A DNA stretch of 64,000 nt from Lysobacterales bacterium 66-474 (GCA_001899805.1 MKWP01000008.1:80859-144858); one strand, 5' to 3'; positions 9,435-20,932 are shown, numbered from the stretch's first letter. Notes: generated from the sequence alone by a model not told the origin. Numbers and translations are program-made.

Positions 9435-9460
9435 GGATTCCGGCCTGCGCCGGAATGACG
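9435..9460. repeat. Short copy of the CCGGAATGACG-type palindromic repeat family
   Basis: GGATTCCGGCCTGCGCCGGAATGACG. The same core occurs at 20631-20654 and twice in 24103-24266, with a degenerate relative at 56152-56220. Confidence 0.4.
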
Positions 9461-9542
9461 AGCCCCGAATTTCGCGTGCAAGGTTCCGGGTGTTCCCCAT
9501 CGCGCTACGATGATCGACCTCCACCAGAGGAGGACGGCAATC

Positions 9543-10451
9543 ATGCGACCCGACGACGACGCCTGCTGGCCCGCGCTGCCCTACGACGCGTGGAAGGACA
9601 CCTACGCCACGCTGCACCTGTGGTCGCAGGTGGTCGGCAAGATTGCGCTGGCGCTGGCCGCACCGCTCAACCACTGCTGGGCCGTGGCGCTGCGGGTCAC
9701 GCCGCGCGGGCTGACCACGCGGCCGCTGCCGCACGGCACGCGCACCTTCACCATCCAGTTCGACTTCATCGATCACCAGTTGCTGATTCGCGCATCGGAT
9801 GGCATGACGCGCACGCTGGAACTGAAGCCACGCAGCGTCGCCGATTTCTATCGCGCATTGCTGGGCACGCTGGACGACATGGGCTTGCCGGTGAAAATCC
9901 ATCCGACGTCGACGGAATTGCCCGAACCCATCCGGCTGGATCGCGATACGCAGCACCACAGTTACGACCGCGAATACGTCGAGCGCCTGCGCCGCATCCT
10001 CGTACAGATTGACCGCGTGTTCACCGATTCGCAGTGCGCGTTCGTCGGCAAGTGCAGCCCGGTGAATTTCTTCTGGGGCAGTTTCGACCTGGCGGTGACG
10101 CGGTTTTCCGGGCGGCGCGCGCCGCCGCGCGACGGGCCGGCGTTCCAGCGCGACGCGTATTCGCACGAGGTGATCAGCCATGGTTTCTGGCCGGGCAGCG
10201 GGCCGGTGCTGGAACCGGCCTTCTATGCCTACGCTGTGCCGCAGCCGGACGGATTGAAGGACGCGCACGTGCTGCCCGACGCGGCCTATTACCACCAGCA
10301 ACTCGGCGAATTCATCCTGCCGTACGAGGCGGTGAGGCAGGCCGAGATGCCGGACGACGTGATCCACGCCTTCATCGACAGCACCTACGACCGTGCTTCC
10401 GATCTCGCGCACTGGGATCGCCAAGCACTCGATCGCGTTGCCGTGGAGTGA
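9543..10451 (+). CDS. DUF5996 family protein
   Basis: ATG 9543 after the AGAGGAGG RBS. WPALPYDAWKDTYATLHLWSQVVGKIALALAAPLNHCW...FDFIDHQLLI...GKCSPVNFFWGSFDLAVTRFSGRRAP matches the family signature as I recall it. Confidence 0.65.
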   Translation: MRPDDDACWPALPYDAWKDTYATLHLWSQVVGKIALALAAPLNHCWAVALRVTPRGLTTRPLPHGTRTFTIQFDFIDHQLLIRASDGMTRTLELKPRSVADFYRALLGTLDDMGLPVKIHPTSTELPEPIRLDRDTQHHSYDREYVERLRRILVQIDRVFTDSQCAFVGKCSPVNFFWGSFDLAVTRFSGRRAPPRDGPAFQRDAYSHEVISHGFWPGSGPVLEPAFYAYAVPQPDGLKDAHVLPDAAYYHQQLGEFILPYEAVRQAEMPDDVIHAFIDSTYDRASDLAHWDRQALDRVAVE

Positions 10452-10665
10452 GGCAGGTCTTCGGATTGGACCCTGGCCTTCGGGGGGGTGACGATTCCCG
10501 GATCCCGCACGGACACGCGCCGGGGCAGTCCGCATCCATGGCCGGGATCGAAGGCTGGGCCGGGATGCAGTTTTTCCCCGTGGAGAAGGCGCATAATCGG
10601 CGCGAACGACACCTGATCGTGTCGTCGTCATCACCGCAGGTTGACAGGCCCTAGACGAGGGTGTG

Positions 10666-12270
10666 ATGCCGGCTCGCATCAAAGTCCCCGGTGCCTACGT
10701 CGAGGAAGTAGCGACCGGCGTGCGTCCGATCGCGGGTGTCGCCACATCCATCGCGGCCTTCATCGGGCGTACCGCGCGCGGTCCCGTCGATGCGGAGGGC
10801 CCGGTTTCCGTCGACAGTCAGGCAGACTTCGAGCATCGCTTCGGGATGCTCGATCCCGTGAATCCCATGGATCGAGCGGTTCGCGACTTCTTCGCGAATG
10901 GCGGCCGCCAGGCGGTCATCGTGCGGCTGTACAAGGCGGTGGACGGCAAGCCTGCGAAGGCGCGGATAAATATCCCCGGCCTGCCGCTCGAAGCCGCGTC
11001 GCCGGGAAGCTGGGGCAATGCACTGCGTGCCCGCATCGACAGCCATGTGTCGGCCGATGCCGCGAATGGCCCTGGACTCGACGCGGCGGGCTTGTTCAAC
11101 CTGACCCTGCACGACGCCGGCAGCGGCGCAACCGAAATCTTCCGGGATGTCACCGTCAGGGATGGTCCGCAGCGCGTCGATCGCGTGCTCGCTGCCGACT
11201 CCCTGATGGCAAGGGTCGTTGCGGCGCCCGCGTTTCCGGGTGCCACCGTGCCACCGGCTCACCAGGACCCGCCCGCAGGAGGCACGCCATGGAATGACGA
11301 TGCGTTCTCGACGGGGGTGTCCGCGGCCGATCAGGCCGCCGACAGCGGCATGCTCGACGATGCGACGTACCTCGGCGACCCCGATGCGGGCACGGGTCTG
11401 CACGCGCTGGCCCGGGCCGATCTGTTCAATCTGCTCTGCGTCCCGCCCGACACGCGGGATGGCGATACTTCGGCCGCGGTGTACCACGCGGCTGCGGAGC
11501 TTTGCGTGGCGCGCCGCGCGTTGTTGATCGTGGATGCGCCCGCCGCATGGACGAATGTTTCCGATATCCGCGTGAACGCGCATGCATTTTTTGCAGCGTT
11601 GAACCTCGATGATTCGAGCGCAAGCCATGCGGCGCTGTATTTCCCGCGGATCGTGCAGCCCGATCCCGCGCGCCAAGGCGGATCCGGCATCTTCGTGGCG
11701 TGCGGAGCCATCGCCGGGATCATGGCGCGCATGGATTCCCAACGCGGCGTGTGGAAAGCACCCGCAGGCACCGAGGCCACGCTGGTGGGCGTGCAGGGGC
11801 TGGCGATGAACCCCACCAGTGCGGAGGGCGGAGACCTCAATCAGCTCGGCATCAATTGCCTGCGCAACTTCCCGGCGATGGGTTTCGTGGTATGGGGCGC
11901 GCGCACCCTGCAAGGGGCGAGCGGCCAGGGCGGCGACTACAGATACGTCCCCGTCAGGCGACTTGCGATGTTCATCGAGGAAAGCCTTGCCCGCGGGTTG
12001 CAGTGGGCGGTTTTCGAGGTCAACGACAGCCGGCTTTGGGCGCAGGTTCGCACGAGTGTCGGGATGTTCCTGCATGGCCTGTTCATGCAGGGCGCATTCC
12101 AGGGAAGCTCACCGCGGGATGCGTACTTCGCCAGGTGCGACGCGGCAACCACCACGCAGGACGACATCGACAACGGCGTCGCGAACATCGAGATCGGGTT
12201 TGCGCCAGTGAGGCCCGCCGAATTCGTCATCCTGCGGTTGCAACAGCGTGCCGGGTGCGCACCGTCTTGA
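10666..12270 (+). CDS. Contractile tail sheath family protein (phage / eCIS-type)
   Basis: 534 aa. N-terminus PGAYVEEV...VATSIAAFIG and C-terminal core GVWKAPAG...LNQLGINCLRNFPAMGFVVWGARTL...YVPVRRLAMFIEESL...VFEVNDSRLW are classic sheath motifs. No tube, baseplate or spike gene is nearby. Confidence 0.85.
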   Translation: MPARIKVPGAYVEEVATGVRPIAGVATSIAAFIGRTARGPVDAEGPVSVDSQADFEHRFGMLDPVNPMDRAVRDFFANGGRQAVIVRLYKAVDGKPAKARINIPGLPLEAASPGSWGNALRARIDSHVSADAANGPGLDAAGLFNLTLHDAGSGATEIFRDVTVRDGPQRVDRVLAADSLMARVVAAPAFPGATVPPAHQDPPAGGTPWNDDAFSTGVSAADQAADSGMLDDATYLGDPDAGTGLHALARADLFNLLCVPPDTRDGDTSAAVYHAAAELCVARRALLIVDAPAAWTNVSDIRVNAHAFFAALNLDDSSASHAALYFPRIVQPDPARQGGSGIFVACGAIAGIMARMDSQRGVWKAPAGTEATLVGVQGLAMNPTSAEGGDLNQLGINCLRNFPAMGFVVWGARTLQGASGQGGDYRYVPVRRLAMFIEESLARGLQWAVFEVNDSRLWAQVRTSVGMFLHGLFMQGAFQGSSPRDAYFARCDAATTTQDDIDNGVANIEIGFAPVRPAEFVILRLQQRAGCAPS

Positions 12271-12425
12271 GGCGTGTGCACGACGTGGTTCGGATCGGGA
12301 TATGGCAATTCGATCCCAGTGACGGGATCCGGAATTCAGGCGAGAAGTTCATTCGGCGAGTCATCGGTTCCGGTGAATCCGGAAGGATTCTGAAAATGGC
12401 GTTTGTCGACGGTGGAGGTAGGCTC

Positions 12426-13643
12426 ATGTTTCCGTCCACGGGTTGCAAATCCTGCTTGTTGCGCTGGGGACCGCCGCGGTTGGCGTTACTGATGGCCGCG
12501 GCCGCACTGTCGGTTGCGGTCTCGACCCACGCCCAGACGATTCCATCCTCTGCCCGCGTCACCTACGCGCAAGGGGAAGGCGTCGCGCAGCAAATTCGAA
12601 TCGAGACCCTTCTGGAGCGGGCAAGAGCCGCCAGAAAGGCCGGTCGTCTCGTGCAGCCGCCCGGAGACAATGCCGCCGAGTATTACGCCGAAGTGCTCAA
12701 GTTGGATCCGGGCAACGTGGAGGCGAGGGACGCGATCATCGGTCTCCACAGTGCCATCCGCACTTCGCTTGCAAAGAGCCACGGACAGTCCGTCGAACTG
12801 CAGCGGCTGGATACGTTGGCCAGCAAGCTCACGATGCAGCCGCCCGGGAACCTGGTGGGGGCGTCGCCGGTCGAGCACTACGCGTCACATCCACAGCACG
12901 CCGCGCCGCCGCCCGTCAGTCCGCCGCCGCCACCACCACCGCCACCGACTGTCGAGCAGGCGCCACCACCGCCTGCCCAGCACGCCGCGCCGCCGCCTGT
13001 CGAGCAGGTACCCCCGCCACCTGCTCCACAAACCGGGACGCCTGCGCCTGGCGCCACCCCACCGGCAGCCTCCAACGGCGCTTCCGCACCGTTGGCGCCC
13101 AGGGAGATCGACCGGATTCTCGCGAACCTGCCGTACGGGAACATCGTGTTCAATACACCCGACAGGATGAGCGTGAACCGGCCGCAGACGATACAGGTTG
13201 AGCTGTCGGCCAGCGCGACGGTGGAGGCGTTGCAAAAAAAGATCACGGCCGCCGGTCCACTCAGCTCGGACCGGATACAGATCTCGGACCAGCTGGACGT
13301 CCATCTGACCGGCGCGAACTTCCTGATCCAGGCCATGACGCCGGAGTCGCAGCCCGTCGGCACGCTCACCACTTCACATTGGGAATGGCGGGTCACGCCA
13401 ACCCAGAGCGGCGCGCAGCAGCTCGAGCTGACCGTCAACGCGGTTCTCCGGATCGACGGCGTGGAACGGGAGTTCTCGATCCAGACCTACAACAAGGCGA
13501 TCGACGTGAATGTCGATTGGCCGGACTTGCTATCCTCATTCGTCGCCGCGAACTGGCAGTGGCTCTGGACCACCCTGTTCGTGCCGGTCGTCGTGGTGGC
13601 GTGGCGACGGTTCCGCGCGAAAAAACCGGACAAGGCTGCCTGA
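12426..13643 (+). CDS. Signal-peptide protein with a TPR-like segment, a long poly-proline linker and a C-terminal TM anchor (function unknown)
   Basis: ATG 12426 after GGTGGAGG. Signal-like LALLMAAAALSVAVSTHAQ; AAEYYAEVLKLDPGNVEARDAI; PPPVSPPPPPPPPPTVEQAPPPP...PPPVEQVPPPPAP; terminal WQWLWTTLFVPVVVVAWRRFRAKK. The upstream part of the 647-aa ORF overlaps the sheath gene out of frame and is Arg/Gly-rich. Confidence 0.6.
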   Translation: MFPSTGCKSCLLRWGPPRLALLMAAAALSVAVSTHAQTIPSSARVTYAQGEGVAQQIRIETLLERARAARKAGRLVQPPGDNAAEYYAEVLKLDPGNVEARDAIIGLHSAIRTSLAKSHGQSVELQRLDTLASKLTMQPPGNLVGASPVEHYASHPQHAAPPPVSPPPPPPPPPTVEQAPPPPAQHAAPPPVEQVPPPPAPQTGTPAPGATPPAASNGASAPLAPREIDRILANLPYGNIVFNTPDRMSVNRPQTIQVELSASATVEALQKKITAAGPLSSDRIQISDQLDVHLTGANFLIQAMTPESQPVGTLTTSHWEWRVTPTQSGAQQLELTVNAVLRIDGVEREFSIQTYNKAIDVNVDWPDLLSSFVAANWQWLWTTLFVPVVVVAWRRFRAKKPDKAA

Positions 13644-13964
13644 CGGGCCAAGCCCGGGATCCGCTTCGCACCTTGAGGCGATCAAGCGCGCCATGCGCAT
13701 GTGAATCATGGACCTGATGGCGGGACACGAGTTCGACAATCCACGCGCGTTACCCTGACGCCTGGATTCGGGATCATCGAGGTGGCCGACATGCGAAGGC
13801 GCTGGCCCGCCGGATTCGCAGGGGGCAGAATGCGGGCTCGGCCGCAGCACGACCGATGGTTGCCGAATGCGCAGGTATCCGCATCGCGGCGGATGCGCTG
13901 CGATGCCGCAATGTGGCGGAGGCAGGTCCTGCGCGATGGCGCACCGGGTTGACGAGGAATTTGC

Positions 13965-15308
13965 ATGAGCGGTGATTTCGATTTGCTGGTGATCGGTGGT
14001 GGTTCGGGCGGGTTGGCGACCGCGATTCGTGCGGCAAGGCATGGCGCGAGCGTGGCGCTGTTCGAGCCGCACGAATTGGGGGGCACCTGCGTCAACCGGG
14101 GTTGCGTGCCCAAGAAGGCGATGTGGTGGGCGGCGGAACTGGCCGAAGCGCAACAGATGGCGCGGGCAGTCGGGTTCGACGTGCAGCCCGGCGCGCTCGA
14201 TTGGGCCGCGTTCGTCGGGCATCGCGAAGCGTACGTGGCGCGGGCGCGACAGGCGTACGCGAACCGCTTGCGCGAACTCGGCGTGCGGCATGTCGCCGAA
14301 TACGCCCACTTCGTCGATGCGCATACGTTGCGCGCGGGCAATACGAAATACCGCGCACCGCATGTCGTGATCGCGACCGGTTCGCGCGTGCGGCCTTCGA
14401 CCTTGCCCGGCGCGGAACTGGCGATCGATTCGGATGGTTTCTTCAAACTGGATGCGATGCCGAAGCGGGTCGGGATCATCGGCGGCGGCTACATCGGCGT
14501 GGAACTGGCGGGCGTGCTGCGCGCGCTGGGCGCCCGGGTGGAACTGATCACGCGCCACGGGTTGCTGACGCATTTCGATGCCGACCTCGGCCACGAACTG
14601 GGTACGCTGATGCGGGCCGAAGGCATCGCGCATCACGAGGGCTGCGCGGTGCGCGGCGTGCGCCGCGACGGCGATGCGTTGTGGCTGGATTGCACGGACC
14701 ATGCACCGCACGGTCCCTACGATTGCGTGGTTTCGGCGATCGGCCGCGTGCCGAACGTCGAATCGCTGCGGCTGGACGCCGCGGGCGTTGCGGTGAACCA
14801 CGCCGACGAGGTCGTCACCGACGAGTTCGAGAACACGTCGGCCGAAGGCGTGTATGCCATCGGTGACGTCAACGGCAAGCGCGCGTTGACGCCGGTTGCG
14901 ATCGCGGCGGGGCGGCAGCTTGCCGACAGGCTGTTCAACGACAAACCCGGCGCGCATCTCGATTACGCCAACATCCCGAGCGTGGTGTTTTCGCATCCGC
15001 CGGTCGGCAGCGTGGGTCGATCGGAAGCCGAGGCGCGCAATCGGTACGGCGGCGCGGTGAAGATTCGCAAGACGCGCTTCACGCCGATGCTGTGGTCGCT
15101 GGCCGGGCGCGAAGGCAAGACCACGATGAAGCTGGTGTGCGTGGGCGACGACGAACGCATCGTCGGCTTGCACGGCATCGGTCCGGGCATGGATGAAATA
15201 TTGCAGGGCTTCGCGGTGGCGGTGCGGATGGGTGCGACCTACGCGGATTTCCTGAAGACCGTGGCGATCCACCCGACCTCGGCGGAAGAGTTTGTGACGA
15301 TGGTTTGA
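13965..15308 (+). CDS. gor: Glutathione-disulfide reductase
   Basis: DLLVIGGGSGGLA FAD motif, redox-active GGTCVNRGCVPKK, and C-terminal HPTSAEEFVTM typical of glutathione reductase. Confidence 0.9.
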   Translation: MSGDFDLLVIGGGSGGLATAIRAARHGASVALFEPHELGGTCVNRGCVPKKAMWWAAELAEAQQMARAVGFDVQPGALDWAAFVGHREAYVARARQAYANRLRELGVRHVAEYAHFVDAHTLRAGNTKYRAPHVVIATGSRVRPSTLPGAELAIDSDGFFKLDAMPKRVGIIGGGYIGVELAGVLRALGARVELITRHGLLTHFDADLGHELGTLMRAEGIAHHEGCAVRGVRRDGDALWLDCTDHAPHGPYDCVVSAIGRVPNVESLRLDAAGVAVNHADEVVTDEFENTSAEGVYAIGDVNGKRALTPVAIAAGRQLADRLFNDKPGAHLDYANIPSVVFSHPPVGSVGRSEAEARNRYGGAVKIRKTRFTPMLWSLAGREGKTTMKLVCVGDDERIVGLHGIGPGMDEILQGFAVAVRMGATYADFLKTVAIHPTSAEEFVTMV

Positions 15309-15327
15309 TGAGTTGAGCTTGTTTCGA

Positions 15328-15449
15328 CCCCTCTCCCCTCGGGAGAGGGGCAGGGGTGAGGGTACGATTGCGTGTGCTGCTACGGGCCGGCGCCAACCCG
15401 AACCCTCACCCGGCGCTGCGCGCCACCCTCTCCCGAAGGGAGAGGGAAA
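15328..15449. repeat. Bipartite GC-rich palindromic (REP-type) element
   Basis: CCCCTCTCCCCTCGGGAGAGGGGCAGGGGTGAGGGTACG ... CGAACCCTCACCCGGCGCTGCGCGCCACCCTCTCCCGAAGGGAGAGGGAAA. It is near-identical to 26092-26236 and related to the interior of 5337-5569. Confidence 0.6.
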
Positions 15450-15512
15450 CCGCAGGCCATGGTTGCGCCCCGTCAGGAGCGCTCGGGTCCGTGTTGATCA
15501 ATTCCACATCAT

Positions 15513-15905
15513 ATGCCCGTATTTGCCATCCTTGCGCTGCACCTCGCGATCATCGCGTTCAACGTCGCGGGTTGCGTGCTGATTCCGATCGGTGCATGGC
15601 GCCGCTGGGCCTGGGTGCGCGGATTCTGGTTTCGCCTGGCGCATCTGCTGAGCCTTGCGGTCGTCGCGTTGCAGGCGCTGCTGGGCCGCGCGTGTTTCCT
15701 GACGATCTGGCAGGCGGACGTGTCCGGTGCGGCGCACGTGCAACCGCTGGTCGCGGGCTGGATCAATCGGCTGATCTACTGGCCGCTGCCGCTGTGGGTG
15801 TTCGCGGTCGCGTATGTCGTGGTGTTCGCGTACGTGATCGTGCTGTGGATTTGCGTGCGGCCACGGGTACCGTGGCGTCGGGATGCGAATCAGCGCCGTG
15901 CGTAA
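15513..15905 (+). CDS. DUF2784-like membrane protein
   Basis: 130 aa with 3-4 hydrophobic helices (LHLAIIAFNVAGCVLIP..., AHLLSLAVVALQALLGRACFLTIWQ). Family call from recollection. Confidence 0.6.
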   Translation: MPVFAILALHLAIIAFNVAGCVLIPIGAWRRWAWVRGFWFRLAHLLSLAVVALQALLGRACFLTIWQADVSGAAHVQPLVAGWINRLIYWPLPLWVFAVAYVVVFAYVIVLWICVRPRVPWRRDANQRRA

Positions 15906-16330
15906 CGTGCGCGCCTTTCATGCACGCGCGGCCGGCGGATCAACTTGAGGCGCGGGCGTAGCCAGGTCGCGAAGTCGGCTTCTGCAATGCTGCCCGCAGC
16001 GAGGCCCATCATCGCCGCGTATTTTTCCTCGGCGCTCGCTTCGAGTTCTGCATCGTTCAGCGCGAGGAAGACGCGATAGCAGACATGCGCAGTTCGCTTG
16101 TTGCCGTCCACGAACGGGTGATTGCGTGCGAGCCCGAAGGCGAGGCTGGCGGCGAGATCGGCGAGATCCGCGGGGGGGGCGCGGTAAGCGTGCAGTTGTT
16201 GCGGACGCGCAAGCGCGGATTCCAGCAATTTCTCGTCGCGGACGCCGCTGCTGCCGCCATGTTCGGCAAGCTGGCGTTCGTGGATCGCCAGTGCGAGCCG
16301 CTTGTCCACCCAGACGATGAACGTATCCAT
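15890..16330 (-). CDS. doc: Doc (death-on-curing) / Fic-fold toxin
   Basis: Doc-type Fic motif HPFVDGNKRTA and a preceding ALARPQQ segment. It lies 3 nt downstream of an AbrB-type antitoxin gene. Its 3' end overlaps the convergent DUF2784 gene by 16 nt. Confidence 0.85.
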   Translation of the reverse strand: MDTFIVWVDKRLALAIHERQLAEHGGSSGVRDEKLLESALARPQQLHAYRAPPADLADLAASLAFGLARNHPFVDGNKRTAHVCYRVFLALNDAELEASAEEKYAAMMGLAAGSIAEADFATWLRPRLKLIRRPRVHERRARYARR

Positions 16331-16333
16331 CGC

Positions 16334-16555
16334 TTATTGCGCCAGTTTGCGCAGGACTTGTTTGTCCTCGCGCATGATTTTTTCCGCGACTTCCATCTGT
16401 GTCGCCAGTGCGGGATCGTAGGTGGTCAGACGGACGCCGTCCGGCGTTTCCAGCGCATACAGTTCGTCGCCCTTCTCGACGCGCAGGCGCGCGAGCAATT
16501 CCTTGGGCAGGATGACGCCGGAGGAATTACCGATGGCGGTGATTTTCAGCTTCAT
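16334..16555 (-). CDS. AbrB/MazE/SpoVT-family antitoxin
   Basis: 73 aa from ATG 16555: MKLKITAIGNSSGVILPKELLARLRVEKGDELY is the swapped-hairpin AbrB-type DNA-binding motif. Confidence 0.8.
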   Translation of the reverse strand: MKLKITAIGNSSGVILPKELLARLRVEKGDELYALETPDGVRLTTYDPALATQMEVAEKIMREDKQVLRKLAQ

Positions 16556-16571
16556 GGCGGCCTCGCAAGCA

Positions 16572-16592
16572 ATGTTATAACGCATGTTATAC
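16572..16592 (-). promoter_or_regulatory. Repeated ATGTTATA motif upstream of the antitoxin (candidate operator/promoter)
   Basis: ATGTTATAACGCATGTTATAC lies 17 nt upstream of the antitoxin start. It contains the self-complementary GTTATAAC and a second ATGTTATA copy, and is the only AT-rich patch locally. Confidence 0.35.
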
Positions 16593-16713
16593 TACGGCGC
16601 TCGGCCGAGCTCTGCAAGCCGATGGTGGATGATGCGGCATCGCTGCGCCAATCCTCGTGGGACGCCGCTGCCGCGGTAGAGTGTGCGGGATCGGTGTTGG
16701 AGGAATGCGCTTC

Positions 16714-17556
16714 ATGGATGCAATGTCGGCCGGTGACCTCGAATCCGCTGCTGACATCGAACGGCTTGTCGCGTGGCTGGCGGCGCGCTCCAGCGTGACC
16801 GCGCTCACCGGCGCGGGCGTCAGCACGGAATCCGGCATTCCGGATTACCGCGACGGCGACGGCAACTGGAAACGTTCGCAGCCGGTGCAGTATCGCGATT
16901 TCGTCGAGAGTAAAGCGGTACGCAAGCGCTATTGGGCGCGCAGTTTCGCGGGCTGGCCGATGTTCACGGCGGCGCGGCCGAGCGCGGCGCACGTTGCACT
17001 GGCACGTCTGGAAGCGAAGGGGCACATTGCACGGATCGTCACCCAGAACGTCGATCGCCTGCACCAGCGCGCGGGCAGCCGCAACGTGATCGACCTGCAC
17101 GGACGGCTCGACGTGGTGCGCTGTCTTGCCAACGGTCATCGCTTCGATCGGGATGCTTTCCAGGCACGCCTGCGCGACGCCAACCCCGATTGGGAGGTGT
17201 CATCCGCGCGCATCGCGCCCGACGGCGACGCCGATCTGGAAGGTATCGACTTCAACACGTTCAACGTGCCCGCGTGCGAAACCTGCGGCGGCATGCTGAA
17301 ACCAGACGTGGTGTTCTACGGAGAATCGGTGCCGCGTGAAACCACCGCGGCGGCATTGGCCGCGGTGGAATCCGCCGACGGTGTGCTGGTAGCCGGCTCG
17401 TCGCTGATGGTGTGGTCGAGCTTCCGGCTGGTGCGCGCGGCGGCTGCGCGCGGCGTCGAAATCGTCGCGGTCAATCGCGGACACACGCGCGGCGACGATT
17501 TGTTCGCGTTCAAGATCGACGCCGAGTGCGGGGCGGTGTTGACCGCGATCGCGTAA
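16714..17556 (+). CDS. cobB: NAD-dependent protein deacylase, Sir2 family
   Basis: LTGAGVSTESGIPDYR, VTQNVDRLHQRAG, and zinc Cys pairs (VRCLANGH...CETCGG). Start is uncertain (16705 or 16714). Confidence 0.85.
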   Translation: MDAMSAGDLESAADIERLVAWLAARSSVTALTGAGVSTESGIPDYRDGDGNWKRSQPVQYRDFVESKAVRKRYWARSFAGWPMFTAARPSAAHVALARLEAKGHIARIVTQNVDRLHQRAGSRNVIDLHGRLDVVRCLANGHRFDRDAFQARLRDANPDWEVSSARIAPDGDADLEGIDFNTFNVPACETCGGMLKPDVVFYGESVPRETTAAALAAVESADGVLVAGSSLMVWSSFRLVRAAAARGVEIVAVNRGHTRGDDLFAFKIDAECGAVLTAIA

Positions 17557-17605
17557 GGCGGGAGTAGCCGCGTAGCGGCGTATCCCGCCCAGGATGTATC
17601 GCGAT

Positions 17606-17640
17606 GGCGGGATCCGCTTCGCTTCTCCCGCCCTACATTT
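17606..17640 (+). terminator. Hairpin + T-run after cobB, in the cobB/gcvP convergent gap
   Basis: GGCGGGA-13 nt-TCCCGCC followed by CTACATTTT. A second hairpin with the same stem lies at 17557-17589. Confidence 0.35.
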
Positions 17641-17646
17641 TCAGGA

Positions 17647-20532
<2,886 letters not shown>

Positions 20533-20577
20533 GGCGGAGGCTTCCGGGGGCGGTGATGTCGGCATTACCGATTTGCC

Positions 20578-20654
20578 GTCATCCCGGCCATGGATTGGCC
20601 GGGATCCAGTGCCATGGATGGAGGGCACTGGATTCCGGCCTTCGCCGGAATGAC
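20578..20654. repeat. CCGGAATGAC-type palindromic repeat inserted in the gcvP leader
   Basis: GTCATCCCGGCCATGGATTGGCCGGGATCCAGTGCCATGGATGGAGGGCACTGGATTCCGGCCTTCGCCGGAATGAC. Nested inverted repeats; it lies between the riboswitch and the gcvP start. Confidence 0.5.
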
Positions 20655-20681
20655 GAACAAAAACATCGAGTGTTTTCGTTG

Positions 20682-20868
20682 CGCCCCTCTGTCCTTCTGC
20701 CTGAGAGTTTGGGAGGCCTTGCGCCTCTTGCCCCTTCGGCGCCGGTCGCCGTCGTGTGCAACGGTCCGGTCTCTCCAGAGTTTTGAATGTGGTGGTATCG
20801 GGCCTGAGCGATTACGGGCGTTGCGCCTTCGGCAGCACCGGAAACGTGCTTCTTCCACCGGTTCGGGA
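20682..20868 (-). promoter_or_regulatory. Tandem glycine riboswitch (two aptamers) in the gcvP leader
   Basis: Minus-strand reading. Aptamer 1: GGTGGAAG...GCTGCCGAAGGCGCAAC...CTCAGGC. Aptamer 2: CTCTGGAGAGACC...GCGCCGAAGGGGCAAG...CTCTCAGGCAGAAGGACAG. These match the conserved GGAGAG / CCGAAGGGGCAA / CTCAGGCAAAAGGACAG blocks. A TATAAT box sits at 20872-20867 just upstream. Confidence 0.75.
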
Positions 20869-20932
20869 TTATACAGGTGGCGGTGCGGTGGATGCTTTAC
20901 CATCGAAATGCCGAGCATCGAGGAAAACAGGC

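Noticed and set aside
8517-10682. 721-aa minus-strand ORF spanning the RDD and DUF5996 genes
   Set aside because: It crosses two well-supported plus-strand genes and an intergenic repeat. Its composition is dominated by Arg, Ala, Gly and Pro, and no motifs are recognisable.
11700-12425. Upstream 240 aa of the 647-aa ORF, overlapping the sheath gene
   Set aside because: It is out of frame with the sheath gene and Arg/Gly/His-rich. A GGTGGAGG RBS and a signal-like sequence mark the internal start at 12426.
10666-13643. Prophage or complete eCIS/T6SS locus around the sheath gene
   Set aside because: No tube, baseplate, spike, tape-measure, capsid, terminase, integrase or ClpV-like gene lies within at least 10 kb on either side.
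13701-13952. 83-aa ORF in the gap between the Pro-rich protein gene and gor
   Set aside because: Arg-rich product, no RBS, no recognisable motif. The region is more likely the gor promoter or leader.
13536-15272. 578-aa minus-strand ORF opposite gor
   Set aside because: It is an antisense shadow of a confidently identified glutathione reductase, with Arg/His-rich composition.
20873-20900. Full sigma-70 promoter for the riboswitch-gcvP transcript
   Set aside because: Only a TATAAT (-10) box at 20872-20867 is convincing. I could not find a credible -35 hexamer at 16-18 nt spacing, so no promoter feature is called.
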